Shown here one piece after another: positions 37,006-46,865 of a stretch of 64,000 nucleotides of DNA (positions are counted from its first letter, which is position 1; each line of letters begins with the position of its first letter). The translations under genes were made by a program, and so were the position numbers. The notes below the pieces were generated by a model. The model did not search any database, was not told where the DNA came from, and saw only the letters and a list, made by a program, of their open reading frames with translations. This DNA is from a bacterium (lineage in GTDB: Bacteria; 4484-113; JAFGCY01). The DNA is taken from assembly GCA_041395205.1 (NCBI GenBank), contig JAWLAZ010000003.1, positions 215,063 to 279,062 of the forward strand, in the 5' to 3' direction.

Positions 37006-39732
37006 GCCGTGCCGGCCGTGCTCCTGCTCCACTTCGAATCCCGCTTCAGTGCGAGCGGCAAGGCCGTGCTCATAACCGAGGAAAGCCGCTCCGAGTGGCC
37101 CGTGCGCCGTCGTGAGGATGCCTTCAGCAAGATCCCGGCCGGCCAGCGTCCGCTTGTGATCATAAGCGGGCTCGGTCCCGATGACTACCAGCTGGACCTG
37201 CTGCTGGCCGCCAGCCCGCAGGGCCTGGGCTACAGCTACATGGAGGACCTTGCCTACCTGCTGGGCCTGCCCCTGCCGGAGGACATCCGGGAACTGGCAA
37301 CGGCCTGGCAGTACGTGGAGAAGGCCATCGGGGAACTCGCCGATGACCTGCTGGCCCAGCTCGTGGAGCTTGTAGCCGAGTACTCCGAGGAAGCCCGCTT
37401 CGGGATCTTCCGCCATGAACAGCTGCGCCGCCATGATGCGCTCAGCATGCCGCGCGCCGGCAACGTTGAGATGGACCCCTGGTATCCGAAGAAGCAGGCC
37501 GCCGCCAGCCGTGAGCGTGGCAATGTCCCGCCGGACCTGCTGGCCCAGCTCTACAGCGCCCGCGAGAACATGTCCCGGGCCTTCCGCCAGTACGAGGAGC
37601 GTCCGCAGCAGCAGGAGATGAGTGAGGCCGTGGCCGCCGCACTGGAGAGTGGCCGCAGCCTGGTCGTGGAAGCCGGGACCGGTGTCGGCAAGTCGCTCGG
37701 CTATCTCCTGCCCCTGGCCCTGCACAGTGCGCGCACCGGTGAACTCTGCCTCGTGAGCACGAACACCATCAACCTGCAGCAGCAGATCGTGGAACAGGAC
37801 GTGCCACGCCTGCAGCAGATTCTCGGAGAGCTGCAGGTCAACATCAGCCTGCTGAAGGGCCGCGAGCACTACCTCTGCCTCAAGCGCCTGCAGGACACCT
37901 GGCTCTCCAACAACAGCGGGGCCCGCCAGCGCCGTGAGCACGCCCTGCCCAGCGGTGGCAACGGCCTGCTGTTCCTGCTGCACCTGATCATCGCCGGGCA
38001 CCGGGATGCCAACGGCGACATGGACCAGCGCCGCGCACCCGATGCCCTGCGCCTCACGGAGCGCATCCGCATCGAACGCAGCGTGGACTGCGGCTTCCGC
38101 ACCTGCCTCGGCGAGCGCTGCAACTACAAGGGCAGCTGCCACTACTTCAGCGCGCGCAACCGGGCCCAGGCCAGCCATATCGTGATCACCAACCATGCCC
38201 TGGTGTTTGCACTGTTCAATCCGGCGGATGACAATGCCGACAACATCGTGGCCAGTGCCAGCGCAATAGTCTTCGATGAGGCCCACAACCTCGAGGGCGC
38301 AATCACCAGCCAGTACACCGCCGAGGTCGGCAACATCCTGCCCGTGGATCTCGGCAACCGCCTGCTCGAGGTGCTGCAGAATGAGTCCCTGCGCCGCCGG
38401 CTGGAGCTGCCTGCAGAGTCAGTTGGTGAGGGCTCGCGCGACCTGCTGCTGCGCATCCAGCGCCAGGCCCTGCAGGTCCCGGGCTGGATCAAGGCCGGCG
38501 TCAGCGTCGTGGAACAGGTCAACCTGCTGCTCAGCCAGGCCAGCCAGAAGGGGCATCTGGACAGCGATGAAAATACGCAGCTCACCCCGGCCACGGCCAC
38601 GCCGAACCAGGCGCGGGTCATGGAACTGCTGGAACAGCTGGCCAAGCGCCTGCTGCCCGTGATCGACCGCTACCAGCGGCTCAGTGCTGATCTGAACCTG
38701 CTCTTCGCCAATGAGGACGGCGATCTCTACATCAACGATGAAGGCCTGCAGATGGACCTGCAGGACCTGCGTGTCAGTGTGGATGAATGCCGGCTGGCGC
38801 TCGAACACTGGCAGCCCGCCAATCCGGAATCAATCGCCTGGTTCAATTCAGATCTTTCCACGGCAGATCCGCGCTGGGAATACAAGACCGCCCCGCTGGA
38901 TGTCGGTGAAAGCTTCCAGTCACTGCGCAAGGCCAAGCAGGGCATCATCCTCTGCAGTGCCACCCTGACTGTCGCGGACAGCTTTGACTACCTGCGCCGT
39001 TCACTGGGCTTTGATGAGCAGTCAATTGAACAGACCGATTGGTTGAAACTGAATAGCCCCTTTGATTACGCCAGCCAGGCCCTGCTGGCCATCGCCACCA
39101 ACATGAAGCGTCCGACCGGCGATACCCGTGAGGCCTATCTGCTGCAGCTCGAGGAAGTGATCCTCGGGGTGACGGACATGATCGCGGGCGGAACGCTCGT
39201 GCTCTTCAACAGCTACCGGGATCTGAACCAGATCGCGGAGAAGCTCAGCGGAGCGATTGATGATTCCCGCCTGCTGGTGCAGGGCCGCAGTGGCTCACGC
39301 ACGCAGATCGCCGATACCTTCCGGGATGGAGGCAGCCATGTGCTGCTCGCCACCCGCTCATTCTGGGAAGGCTTCGACGTGGCCGGTGATGCCCTGAGTT
39401 GCGTGGTGCTGGCCAAGCTGCCCTTCGCCAACTTCAAGGACCCGATCCACGCCGGCCGCCAGCGGCACATCGAGAGCCAGGGTGGCGACAGCTTCCGGCA
39501 GTACAGCCTGCCGCTGGCCGCCATGCAGTTCAAGCAGGGCTTCGGGCGTCTGATCCGCACCGGCTCCGACCGTGGCGTGGTCTTCCTGCTGGACAGCCGC
39601 GCGGCCTCATCCAACTACGGCTCTGTCTTCATCAGCAGCCTGCCCGGCCCGCGTCTGACCACCGGCTCCTACCAGGCCTGCCTGGAGGAGGCCCGGCGCT
39701 TCATGGAGGACAGCCAGCATGCCGACGGGTGA
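37006..39732 (+). CDS. DinG/Rad3-family ATP-dependent DNA helicase with an N-terminal extension of about 150 aa
   Basis: Walker A AGTGVGKS, DEAH box VFDEAHNLE, an Fe-S cluster-like Cys region (CLKRL...CGFRTCLGERCNYKGSCHY) and C-terminal helicase motifs; coding-type GC3 starts near 37006; the start is uncertain (alternatives 37240 and 37471). Confidence 0.75.
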   Translation, partial: AVPAVLLLHFESRFSASGKAVLITEESRSEWPVRRREDAFSKIPAGQRPLVIISGLGPDDYQLDLLLAASPQGLGYSYMEDLAYLLGLPLPEDIRELATAWQYVEKAIGELADDLLAQLVELVAEYSEEARFGIFRHEQLRRHDALSMPRAGNVEMDPWYPKKQAAASRERGNVPPDLLAQLYSARENMSRAFRQYEERPQQQEMSEAVAAALESGRSLVVEAGTGVGKSLGYLLPLALHSARTGELCLVSTNTINLQQQIVEQDVPRLQQILGELQVNISLLKGREHYLCLKRLQDTWLSNNSGARQRREHALPSGGNGLLFLLHLIIAGHRDANGDMDQRRAPDALRLTERIRIERSVDCGFRTCLGERCNYKGSCHYFSARNRAQASHIVITNHALVFALFNPADDNADNIVASASAIVFDEAHNLEGAITSQYTAEVGNILPVDLGNRLLEVLQNESLRRRLELPAESVGEGSRDLLLRIQRQALQVPGWIKAGVSVVEQVNLLLSQASQKGHLDSDENTQLTPATATPNQARVMELLEQLAKRLLPVIDRYQRLSADLNLLFANEDGDLYINDEGLQMDLQDLRVSVDECRLALEHWQPANPESIAWFNSDLSTADPRWEYKTAPLDVGESFQSLRKAKQGIILCSATLTVADSFDYLRRSLGFDEQSIEQTDWLKLNSPFDYASQALLAIATNMKRPTGDTREAYLLQLEEVILGVTDMIAGGTLVLFNSYRDLNQIAEKLSGAIDDSRLLVQGRSGSRTQIADTFRDGGSHVLLATRSFWEGFDVAGDALSCVVLAKLPFANFKDPIHAGRQRHIESQGGDSFRQYSLPLAAMQFKQGFGRLIRTGSDRGVVFLLDSRAASSNYGSVFISSLPGPRLTTGSYQACLEEARRFMEDSQHADG

Positions 39733-40618
39733 TCTCCTGCTCATCGGTGCCGGTCCCGTGGGCTGCCTGCTGGCTTCCGCCCTGGCCAGCCGGGGACAGG
39801 CCTGCGACTGGTACATCCGCAACCCGCAGCTCCGGATACAGCTGCATGGCCTGCGCCTGCGCTTCCCGGACTCGGAGATTCAGCCGGATCTGTCTTCCGT
39901 GAACTTTCCTGAGCAGCTTGATACGCAAAAATATAACGCTGTTATAACCTGTGTGAAAAGTCAGCAGACTGAACCGCTGCTGAGCAGCCTGGACATGCCT
40001 GCGGATACGCGGATCCTGGCCGTGGCCAATGGCCTGATCAGCGGCAGCTTCCAGCTCGGCCTGCTCTACGGCGGTGCCTACCTTGATGACGAAGTGCTGC
40101 ACACCCGCCATAGCAACCTGCTGCAGATCGGCACACTCGGTGCTGCCGCTGAACACAGCGACTGGTTTGCCGAGCTGCTCCGCTGCGACTGGCTGTTCTG
40201 TGAAGGCGTCCCCGACATGGAGATCCGCCAGTGGCACAAGCTCTGCCTGAACTGCGTGCTCAACCCGCTCACGGCCCTGCTGGATGTCCCGAACGGCAGC
40301 ATGCTGGCCTCCCTCGACTCCCCGCTCGTAAGCGGACTGATCAGGGAGCTGCAGCTCGTGGCCAGTCAGCATCTCGGTTCCCGCTGGAACTACTCTGCAG
40401 AGAACATCCGCGAAGGTGTACGCCTGCTGATCGAGGCCACCATCGCCAATTCCAGCAGCATGCGAGAGGATCTGCGCCGGGGCCGCGAACCGGAGATTGC
40501 CAACATGAACGCGGCCATCGTGCGTCTGGGCGATCAGCACGGCATCCCCTGCCCGCTTCATGCAGCTGTCACGGAAATGATCAATTCCGTCAGCGAAGTT
40601 TCCGCTGAGGAACACTGA
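39719..40618 (+). CDS. 2-dehydropantoate 2-reductase (ketopantoate reductase family)
   Basis: N-terminal LLIGAGPVGCLLASAL Rossmann motif plus ApbA/PanE-like middle and C-terminal domains. Confidence 0.6.
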   Translation: MPTGDLLLIGAGPVGCLLASALASRGQACDWYIRNPQLRIQLHGLRLRFPDSEIQPDLSSVNFPEQLDTQKYNAVITCVKSQQTEPLLSSLDMPADTRILAVANGLISGSFQLGLLYGGAYLDDEVLHTRHSNLLQIGTLGAAAEHSDWFAELLRCDWLFCEGVPDMEIRQWHKLCLNCVLNPLTALLDVPNGSMLASLDSPLVSGLIRELQLVASQHLGSRWNYSAENIREGVRLLIEATIANSSSMREDLRRGREPEIANMNAAIVRLGDQHGIPCPLHAAVTEMINSVSEVSAEEH

Positions 40619-40647
40619 TCAGCCGGCTGATCTGCTAGCATCAAGGC

Positions 40648-41055
40648 ATGCGCTGCCAATCCATATTAGTTAGCTTCGTCCTGAGCCTGAGCCTGCTGTC
40701 CTGTACTCGCGATGAAACCGATGGCGAACGGATCGTGAAAACGGAGACCATTCCGCTGCAGGAGAATGCTCCGCTGCGTGATGAGGGAGAGCAAGTCGGG
40801 GATCTCACAGCGGAGTCCATTCAGACTGAAGCGGGTGAGCGCATCATCGGCGGGATCCCCACCATGATTCCACCCGGCACCACACACTGGCCCAACGGCA
40901 ATCCCCTGCCGCCCGAGGTGCTCGAGATCATCCGCAAGCTGGAAGCCGGCGAGCCGATCAGCTCCGATGACGAAACCACCTTCCGGGCCATTGATGCCAA
41001 ATGGCGCAACTGGGATGAAATCGAGGCCACCGGGAAAAGCCAGTCTGATTCCTGA
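40648..41055 (+). CDS. small hypothetical lipoprotein
   Basis: Lipobox LSLLSC; it shares the motif IPPG(T/L)THWP(N/S)G...WR.WD..EA.G with the adjacent large protein; GC content is somewhat below the window average. Confidence 0.5.
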   Translation: MRCQSILVSFVLSLSLLSCTRDETDGERIVKTETIPLQENAPLRDEGEQVGDLTAESIQTEAGERIIGGIPTMIPPGTTHWPNGNPLPPEVLEIIRKLEAGEPISSDDETTFRAIDAKWRNWDEIEATGKSQSDS

Positions 41056-41212
41056 GTTCCGGCCTGATTTAACCCGTTCCCCGCGCCGCCCACTGTCCAA
41101 TCAGGCTGCTGCTTGATACTATATTGTGTCGCCGCTGAACAGCCCGGGCTGGCAGGGCGTCATGTCATCTGTGTACTCAGGGACAACTTCTTTTCAGGTG
41201 GAAGGCTAAACA

Positions 41213-43765
41213 GTGAAGATTCTCAGACTCATGGCTGTGTCGGTGATGTGCTCCGCCGCTGTGTTCGGCGCGTGTACCAGCAGCAACTCCCCGACCACGA
41301 ACAACATCCAGACCAACTCGCAGTACGACTCGCAGTACAGAGACCAGACCCGCTCCGCCAACCAGCAGAACCGGACAGCGGAGGAAGCGGCGGAGATGGG
41401 CGACCCCCCGATCACGCTGATGGTCGTGGCGATGGAAACCGGCGATGTCTTCCCGGGCGAGGATTACTTCATCTATGTCGTGGATGACAACCCCGATGGC
41501 CGTGACCTCGAGTATGAGTGGGGCGTGGTCAATGGCGACATCTGGCCCGTGGCGGAGGCCGACCGCGGCCGGCTGCGCACGATTGTCGAGACCGAGTACA
41601 ACACCGCGCAGCCTGAAATCGCTGCCCCGACCACGCAGGACCCCGCCGCCGGAGCCTTCGGTGATACAGTCGCCGGCACCGGTGATGCCGTGGCCCCTCC
41701 GGGGGCCCAGGCCCCGGGTGCTGGAGGCCAGCCCGCTGCAGGCGCCAGCGCCACCCAGCAGCCAGCGGCAGGTGGCAGCGGCACGCAGCAGCCGGCTGCC
41801 AATGGCAATACGCAGCCTGCCCAGAACACGAATGCGGACACCCAGAATACGGACAGCACCAGCGGCAACCAGGACCTGTTCAACAACACCACGGGCGGCA
41901 GCAGCCAGCAGCCTGCCCATAACACGGATACCTCGCAGCGTGGAGATGATTCCGGCAAGCCCCAGGTGGATGGTCCGTACTCACCCTATCTGGTTTCAAA
42001 GCTGACCGAGGAATACCCCTATGGCACGGAAGGCAAGAGCACCATCATTCCTCCAGGCCTGACCCACTGGCCCAGTGGCGTGCAGTTTGATGCTTCCTTC
42101 ATGGAGATCCAGAACAAGCGCAAGAACAATGAAACACTCACTGCCGATGACCTGATCACGCTCGGCTCATTTGACGACAAGATGCGCAGGTGGGATGCCC
42201 TGGATGCCGAAGGCAGAGCCCAGGGTGACCGGGGCAGCATTGATGACGGCTACATCATGCGCCGCATGGTGGTTGCCGGCCAGGCCGTGATTGACGATGA
42301 AGGCCGCCGCATGGACAACGAGGTGGCTGGCAACGTGGTGGACAAGTCCATCGAGAACGCCACCGCCATGCTGGAGGAACAGCTCGGCACGGAGTATGAG
42401 GATGTCGAGGTCGTGGAGGCCCCGCAGCGCGAATATGACAGCCGGGGCCTGCGCTATGAGTACCAGGACTGGCAGGATGAGAGCACTGAGCCACGCCGGC
42501 GTGGTCTGGGTGGATACGGCGCTGAGTACAGCGATGATGACCCGGCGGATGCCGAGGACAGCTTTGAGCGCTACAGCCTGATCACCGATGATCCCTACAT
42601 TGAGTGGACTCCGCGCACTCCCGGCCGCGTCAACATCTGGGTGCGCGCCATGTACCACGATGAATACGTCACCGAGGCCCGCAACCTGGAGGTCGAGGTC
42701 CGCCTGCGCGACCCCGAAGTCGAGATGGTCAAGGACTTCCCGGACGTCGTGCGTGAGGATGAGTCCGTGTATGTCCGCATCGACGGCAGCAACCTGCCGG
42801 ACTTCGACAAGGGCCTGTTCACCCTGAGCTTTGACAACACCAAGCTCAGCTTCCGCGAGGCCGAACTCGGTGAGTTCTTTGACGACTACTCCGATGCCAG
42901 CATCTACTTCGCCCAGCCCAACAAGGACGAAGGCAAGGTCCTGATCGCCCTGGACAGCAACACCGTGCTCACGGAACCCTCCGGTGACGGTGCGCTGGTC
43001 TACGTGAAGTTCAAGGCCAAGGAGGATCTGGAGACCGCGGACGAGACCCAGCTCTCGATGGTGATGGACACCAGCGCGCGCTACATCCTCGACAAGGACG
43101 GCACCAACGTCCTGCCCCTGCCGCTCAACCTCCCGCCCTGGCGCACGCAGCTCGTGATGCCTCCGGAGCTGCCGAACTACGAGCGTGAGAACACCCCTGG
43201 CACCCAGGCCGGCACCGTCCCGACCGGCAACCGCACGCCTCCGGGTGCCCAGGCTCCGGGCACGCAGACCCCTGCCACATCCGGCACCGGCAGCACAACC
43301 CAGGTCCCGCTTTCCGGTGGCAATGCCTTCACCCAGGACAGCGGCTTCCTCTCCAACGGTGGACGCAGCGGGACAGTGCCAGTGAATAACGGCAGTAACA
43401 CCGGCAACAACACGAATACCGGCAACAACACCAATACCGGCAACAACACGAATACCGGCGACAACACCAATACGGGTAACAACACGAATACCGGCAACAC
43501 GGGCGGCGGTCCGATTTCCGCCAAGCAGAGCAGTGATTCCGATGAGGATGATCCGGCTGCGGCTGATGCCAAGGAAGGTTCAGAGGATCCGGCAGCCGCT
43601 GGCAGTGGGAAGACTGAGGATCCTGAAGCGGGATCTGAGGAGCCTGCAGCCGACGATCCCGCAGGAGCTGAGCCTGCTGCGGACGAACCGGCCAAGGATG
43701 AACCGGCCAAGGACGAGCCCAGGAAGGATGAACCGAAGAAGGATGAACCGAAGAAGGACGAGTGA
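41213..43765 (+). CDS. large secreted low-complexity surface protein (850 aa)
   Basis: GGTGGAAGG RBS before the GTG; signal/lipobox AAVFGAC; Q/A/G/T-rich linkers; a central copy of the IIPPGLTHWPSG motif; (TGNNTN)n and (KDEPK)n C-terminal repeats. Confidence 0.6.
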   Translation: MKILRLMAVSVMCSAAVFGACTSSNSPTTNNIQTNSQYDSQYRDQTRSANQQNRTAEEAAEMGDPPITLMVVAMETGDVFPGEDYFIYVVDDNPDGRDLEYEWGVVNGDIWPVAEADRGRLRTIVETEYNTAQPEIAAPTTQDPAAGAFGDTVAGTGDAVAPPGAQAPGAGGQPAAGASATQQPAAGGSGTQQPAANGNTQPAQNTNADTQNTDSTSGNQDLFNNTTGGSSQQPAHNTDTSQRGDDSGKPQVDGPYSPYLVSKLTEEYPYGTEGKSTIIPPGLTHWPSGVQFDASFMEIQNKRKNNETLTADDLITLGSFDDKMRRWDALDAEGRAQGDRGSIDDGYIMRRMVVAGQAVIDDEGRRMDNEVAGNVVDKSIENATAMLEEQLGTEYEDVEVVEAPQREYDSRGLRYEYQDWQDESTEPRRRGLGGYGAEYSDDDPADAEDSFERYSLITDDPYIEWTPRTPGRVNIWVRAMYHDEYVTEARNLEVEVRLRDPEVEMVKDFPDVVREDESVYVRIDGSNLPDFDKGLFTLSFDNTKLSFREAELGEFFDDYSDASIYFAQPNKDEGKVLIALDSNTVLTEPSGDGALVYVKFKAKEDLETADETQLSMVMDTSARYILDKDGTNVLPLPLNLPPWRTQLVMPPELPNYERENTPGTQAGTVPTGNRTPPGAQAPGTQTPATSGTGSTTQVPLSGGNAFTQDSGFLSNGGRSGTVPVNNGSNTGNNTNTGNNTNTGNNTNTGDNTNTGNNTNTGNTGGGPISAKQSSDSDEDDPAAADAKEGSEDPAAAGSGKTEDPEAGSEEPAADDPAGAEPAADEPAKDEPAKDEPRKDEPKKDEPKKDE
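43399..43500 (+). repeat. 18-bp in-frame tandem repeat (ACCGGCAACAACACGAAT, about 5.5 copies) inside the large surface protein gene
   Basis: Seen directly; it encodes (TGNNTN)n; a second 15-bp repeat (AAGGATGAACCGAAG, encoding KDEPK) lies at about 43690-43762. Confidence 0.7.
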
Positions 43766-43785
43766 TCCTTCCATCCAGCAGAAAA

Positions 43786-43822
43786 ACGAAAAGCCCGCTG
43801 CATGCAGCGGGCTTTTTTGTTG
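43786..43822. terminator. bidirectional rho-independent terminator
   Basis: GAAAAGCCCGCTGCATGCAGCGGGCTTTTTTGTT has a 9-bp GC stem flanked by an A-run and a T-run, and sits between convergent genes. Confidence 0.7.
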
Positions 43823-43839
43823 CCAATCCGTCGCCTGAG

Positions 43840-45924
43840 CTAGTGCGCTTCGGCCTTCTGGCTGGCCTGGTGGGCCTTGATGATCTCACCCTGGACATTG
43901 CTCGGGACCTGCTCATAGCTGGCGAACTCCATCTCGAAGCTGCCCTGCCCCTGCGTCATTGAGCGCAGCGTGTTGATGTACTGGTACATCTCCGCCAGCG
44001 GCACCTGGGCCTTGATCTCCTTGATGTTGCCAACCTGGTCCATTCCGCCCACGCGGCCGCGGCGGGTGTTGAGGTCCGCCATCACGTCGCCGGTGTACTC
44101 ATCGGGCGTCTGGACCGTCACGTTGTAGATCGGCTCCAGCAGGATCGGCCGGGCCTGCTCAAAGGCTGAGCGGAAGCCCATCTGCGCCGCCATCTTGAAG
44201 GACAGCTCGTCGGAATCCACACTGTGGCTGCTGCCATCGAACACGGCGGCCTTGATGTCGATCACCTTGCTGCCGCTCAGCGGACCGTTGACCATCGCTT
44301 CCACGATGCCCTTTTCGATCGCCGGGATGAAGCGGCCCGGCACCACGCCGCCCACCACCTCATCATTGAACTCAAATCCCGCGCCGCGTTCCTTCGCCTC
44401 GAGGCGGATGTGGCAGTCGCCGTACTTGCCGCGGCCGCCGGACTGCTTCTTGTACTTGCCCTGCGCGCTGGCATTGCCGGTGATCGTCTCGCGGTAGCGG
44501 ATGCGCGGCTTCTCCCACTTGATGTCAACGCTCGTGCGCTTCCTGACCTGTGCACGCGCCACGTCCAGGTGCAGCGGACCCATGCCGTAGAGCACCTGCT
44601 CCTTGGTCTCCTCATCCTGCACGAGGCGCAGCGTGGGATCCGCCGCGGTCAGCACGTGCAGGGCGCTGATCACTTTCTCCAGGTCATTGTGGTCGTCAAC
44701 CTCGACCTTCTCGTAGGCCACCGGACGGCGGTATTCGATGTCATCGAGGATGAAGGGCTGGTCCTTGGAGCAGATGGTGTTGCCCATCTTCGTGTGCTTG
44801 AGTTTCATCGTGGCCACGATGTCCCCGGCACTGACCTCATTCACATCCTTGCGCTCCTTGCCGCGCATCAGGATCAGGTTGCCGATCTTCTCCTGCTCAT
44901 CCGTGCTGGAATTGAGTACGGTGTCGCTGTTCTTGAGCTTGCCGCTCCAGATCCGCATCCAGAACACGTCGCCGACCTGGCCCTCGCTCGTGACCTTGAA
45001 CACGCGCGCCGTGAGCGGTGCGTCGTCACTGGGCGGACGCGACTCCTCGCTGCCGTCGGGCTTGCGCCCGTGCAGCTTCTCGTGGAAGCCGGGATGCGGC
45101 ATGCTGTGGATGATGATCTCCAGCAGGTTGCGGATCCCCACGGTCTCCTTGCCGCTGCCGCCCACCGCGGGGCAGAACTTGCCGTGCAGGATCCCGTCCA
45201 TCATCGCCTTCTCGAGCTCGGCCTCGCCGATCGTCTCGTCATCCATGTAGCGCATCATCAGCTCATCGTCGAGCTCCACGATGCTTTCCACGAGGTCCGC
45301 CCGTGCGGCCTCCATCGCTTCCCTGTAATCCTCGGGGACTTCCTTCTCGACGATCTTGTCGCCTTCCTTCACGTATGCCTTTCTGAGCAGCACATTGATC
45401 ACGCCCCTGAGGTCGTGGTGCTCCCCGATCGTGATGCACAGTGGTGCCACCGTCTTGCCGAACTCGGCCCGGCAGCTGCCGATGGCGTTGTCCCAGTCCG
45501 CGTTCTCCTTGTCGAGCCCGCTGATGAAGATCAGGCGCGGCAGGTGCAGCTTCTCGCAGGTCTGCCAGAAGATGCGGGTCTGCGGCTCGACGCCCATCGA
45601 ACCGTTGACAACGATGATCGCGCTGTCAACGACGTTGAGGGCGGAGGTCGACTCGCCGAGGAAGTCGCGGTAGCCCGGGCAGTCGATCAGGGTGAAATGG
45701 TGGTCCTCGAAATCGAAGGGCAGCACTGCGCTGGTAATTGAGTATTTCCGCTTTATCTCTTCCGGATCGTGGTCACTGACGGTATTCCCGTCCTCGATCG
45801 TCCCCATCCTGTTTATCGCCCCGGCGACATAGAGGATCGCCTCGCTCAGTACCGTTTTCCCGGCACCGCCGTGTCCGATGATTGCTACGTTGCGCTTCTT
45901 GTCTATCGCTACGCCCATAGCCAA
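43840..45924 (-). CDS. elongation factor G family translational GTPase (EF-G paralog)
   Basis: G domain AIIGHGGAGKT, DCPGYRDF, the five-domain EF-G architecture and about 694 aa; the divergent G1 motif suggests EF-G2-like rather than canonical FusA. Confidence 0.75.
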   Translation of the reverse strand: MAMGVAIDKKRNVAIIGHGGAGKTVLSEAILYVAGAINRMGTIEDGNTVSDHDPEEIKRKYSITSAVLPFDFEDHHFTLIDCPGYRDFLGESTSALNVVDSAIIVVNGSMGVEPQTRIFWQTCEKLHLPRLIFISGLDKENADWDNAIGSCRAEFGKTVAPLCITIGEHHDLRGVINVLLRKAYVKEGDKIVEKEVPEDYREAMEAARADLVESIVELDDELMMRYMDDETIGEAELEKAMMDGILHGKFCPAVGGSGKETVGIRNLLEIIIHSMPHPGFHEKLHGRKPDGSEESRPPSDDAPLTARVFKVTSEGQVGDVFWMRIWSGKLKNSDTVLNSSTDEQEKIGNLILMRGKERKDVNEVSAGDIVATMKLKHTKMGNTICSKDQPFILDDIEYRRPVAYEKVEVDDHNDLEKVISALHVLTAADPTLRLVQDEETKEQVLYGMGPLHLDVARAQVRKRTSVDIKWEKPRIRYRETITGNASAQGKYKKQSGGRGKYGDCHIRLEAKERGAGFEFNDEVVGGVVPGRFIPAIEKGIVEAMVNGPLSGSKVIDIKAAVFDGSSHSVDSDELSFKMAAQMGFRSAFEQARPILLEPIYNVTVQTPDEYTGDVMADLNTRRGRVGGMDQVGNIKEIKAQVPLAEMYQYINTLRSMTQGQGSFEMEFASYEQVPSNVQGEIIKAHQASQKAEAH

Positions 45925-46067
45925 TTACCTCCAGCAAGCTGTGGATTTCCGGCTGTCTTCTCCTGCCCCGCCGGAGCTTCGAGTTTAGCAGGATTGGCCC
46001 GCCGCGGTAAGCGCTTCGGCACATGCATCTGAAGTTTTCGCGGGATTTGCGCAATTGAGCGCGGGTC

Positions 46068-46862
46068 TCAGCCGCAGTTCCGCCGGATTCCGGCAACAAG
46101 CGCCGGCAGGGCCAGTGCGGAGGGCTCCTGTAGAACATAATCCGCCGCTGCCGTCAACTCCGTGCGCTCCGGATTGATCTCCACGAGCGTGGCGCCATGC
46201 TCGCGCGCCACGAAGGGCAGCGCCGCCGCCGGATAGACCAGGCTGCTCGTACCGATGCTCAGTGCGAGATCCGCCGTCATCGCACACCGGAAGGCGTGGT
46301 TGAGCACAGCCTCATCCAGCATCTCACCGAACCAGACCACGTTCGGGCGCAGCGTGCTGCCATCGGCATGCCGGGGCGGATGTTCACTGAGCGGGCAGTC
46401 CATCAGGCGAAAGGCCTCCGAGAACTCGCTGCCCAGCGGCCGTACTTCCCAGATGTTGCCATGCAGCTCAATCAGTTCCTCGGTCCCCGCGATGCGGTGC
46501 AGGTCGTCAATGTTCTGCGTTGCCAGATCCAGGCGTCCGCCCAGTTCCCTGAGCTGTCCCTGCCATTCAGTGAGCGCATGATGCCCGGGGTTGGGCTGGC
46601 AACGGCTCATGGTCTGGCGGCGCTCGTCATACCACTTCCAGACATTGGCGGGGTCCTTCCTGAAGCCATCAATGCTCGCCAGCATCACCGGGTCATACTT
46701 CGCCCACAGCCCAGTCTGTGCATCACGGAAGGTCGGGATCCCGGATTCCGCACTGACTCCGGCCCCGGTGAATACGAACACGCGGCGGGCCTTTGCGGCG
46801 ACCGGCACCAGCTGCTCCAGCACTGCCAGGCTCTCCGCACTCAGTTGCCCATCCTGCGCCAC
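46068..46862 (-). CDS. cobB: NAD-dependent protein deacylase (Sir2 family)
   Basis: FTGAGVSAESGIPTFRDAQTGLW Rossmann/NAD motif, and the Sir2 catalytic H present in QNIDDLHRIAG. Confidence 0.8.
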   Translation of the reverse strand: MAQDGQLSAESLAVLEQLVPVAAKARRVFVFTGAGVSAESGIPTFRDAQTGLWAKYDPVMLASIDGFRKDPANVWKWYDERRQTMSRCQPNPGHHALTEWQGQLRELGGRLDLATQNIDDLHRIAGTEELIELHGNIWEVRPLGSEFSEAFRLMDCPLSEHPPRHADGSTLRPNVVWFGEMLDEAVLNHAFRCAMTADLALSIGTSSLVYPAAALPFVAREHGATLVEINPERTELTAAADYVLQEPSALALPALVAGIRRNCG

Positions 46863-46865
46863 GCT

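Noticed and set aside
35236-39732. 1498-aa ORF in the six-frame track
   Set aside because: Its first roughly 1770 nt run antisense to etfA/etfB and do not show coding-type codon usage. Only the part from about 37006 onwards is a real gene, the DinG-like helicase. Long spurious ORFs are expected at this GC content.
41213-43765. Calling the 850-aa protein a cohesin/dockerin scaffold
   Set aside because: The resemblance to cohesin-like beta-sandwich segments is only impressionistic and has no diagnostic motif. I left it as a generic secreted repeat protein.
44224-45741. 505-aa plus-strand ORF
   Set aside because: It is antisense to the EF-G paralog and has no recognisable motifs.
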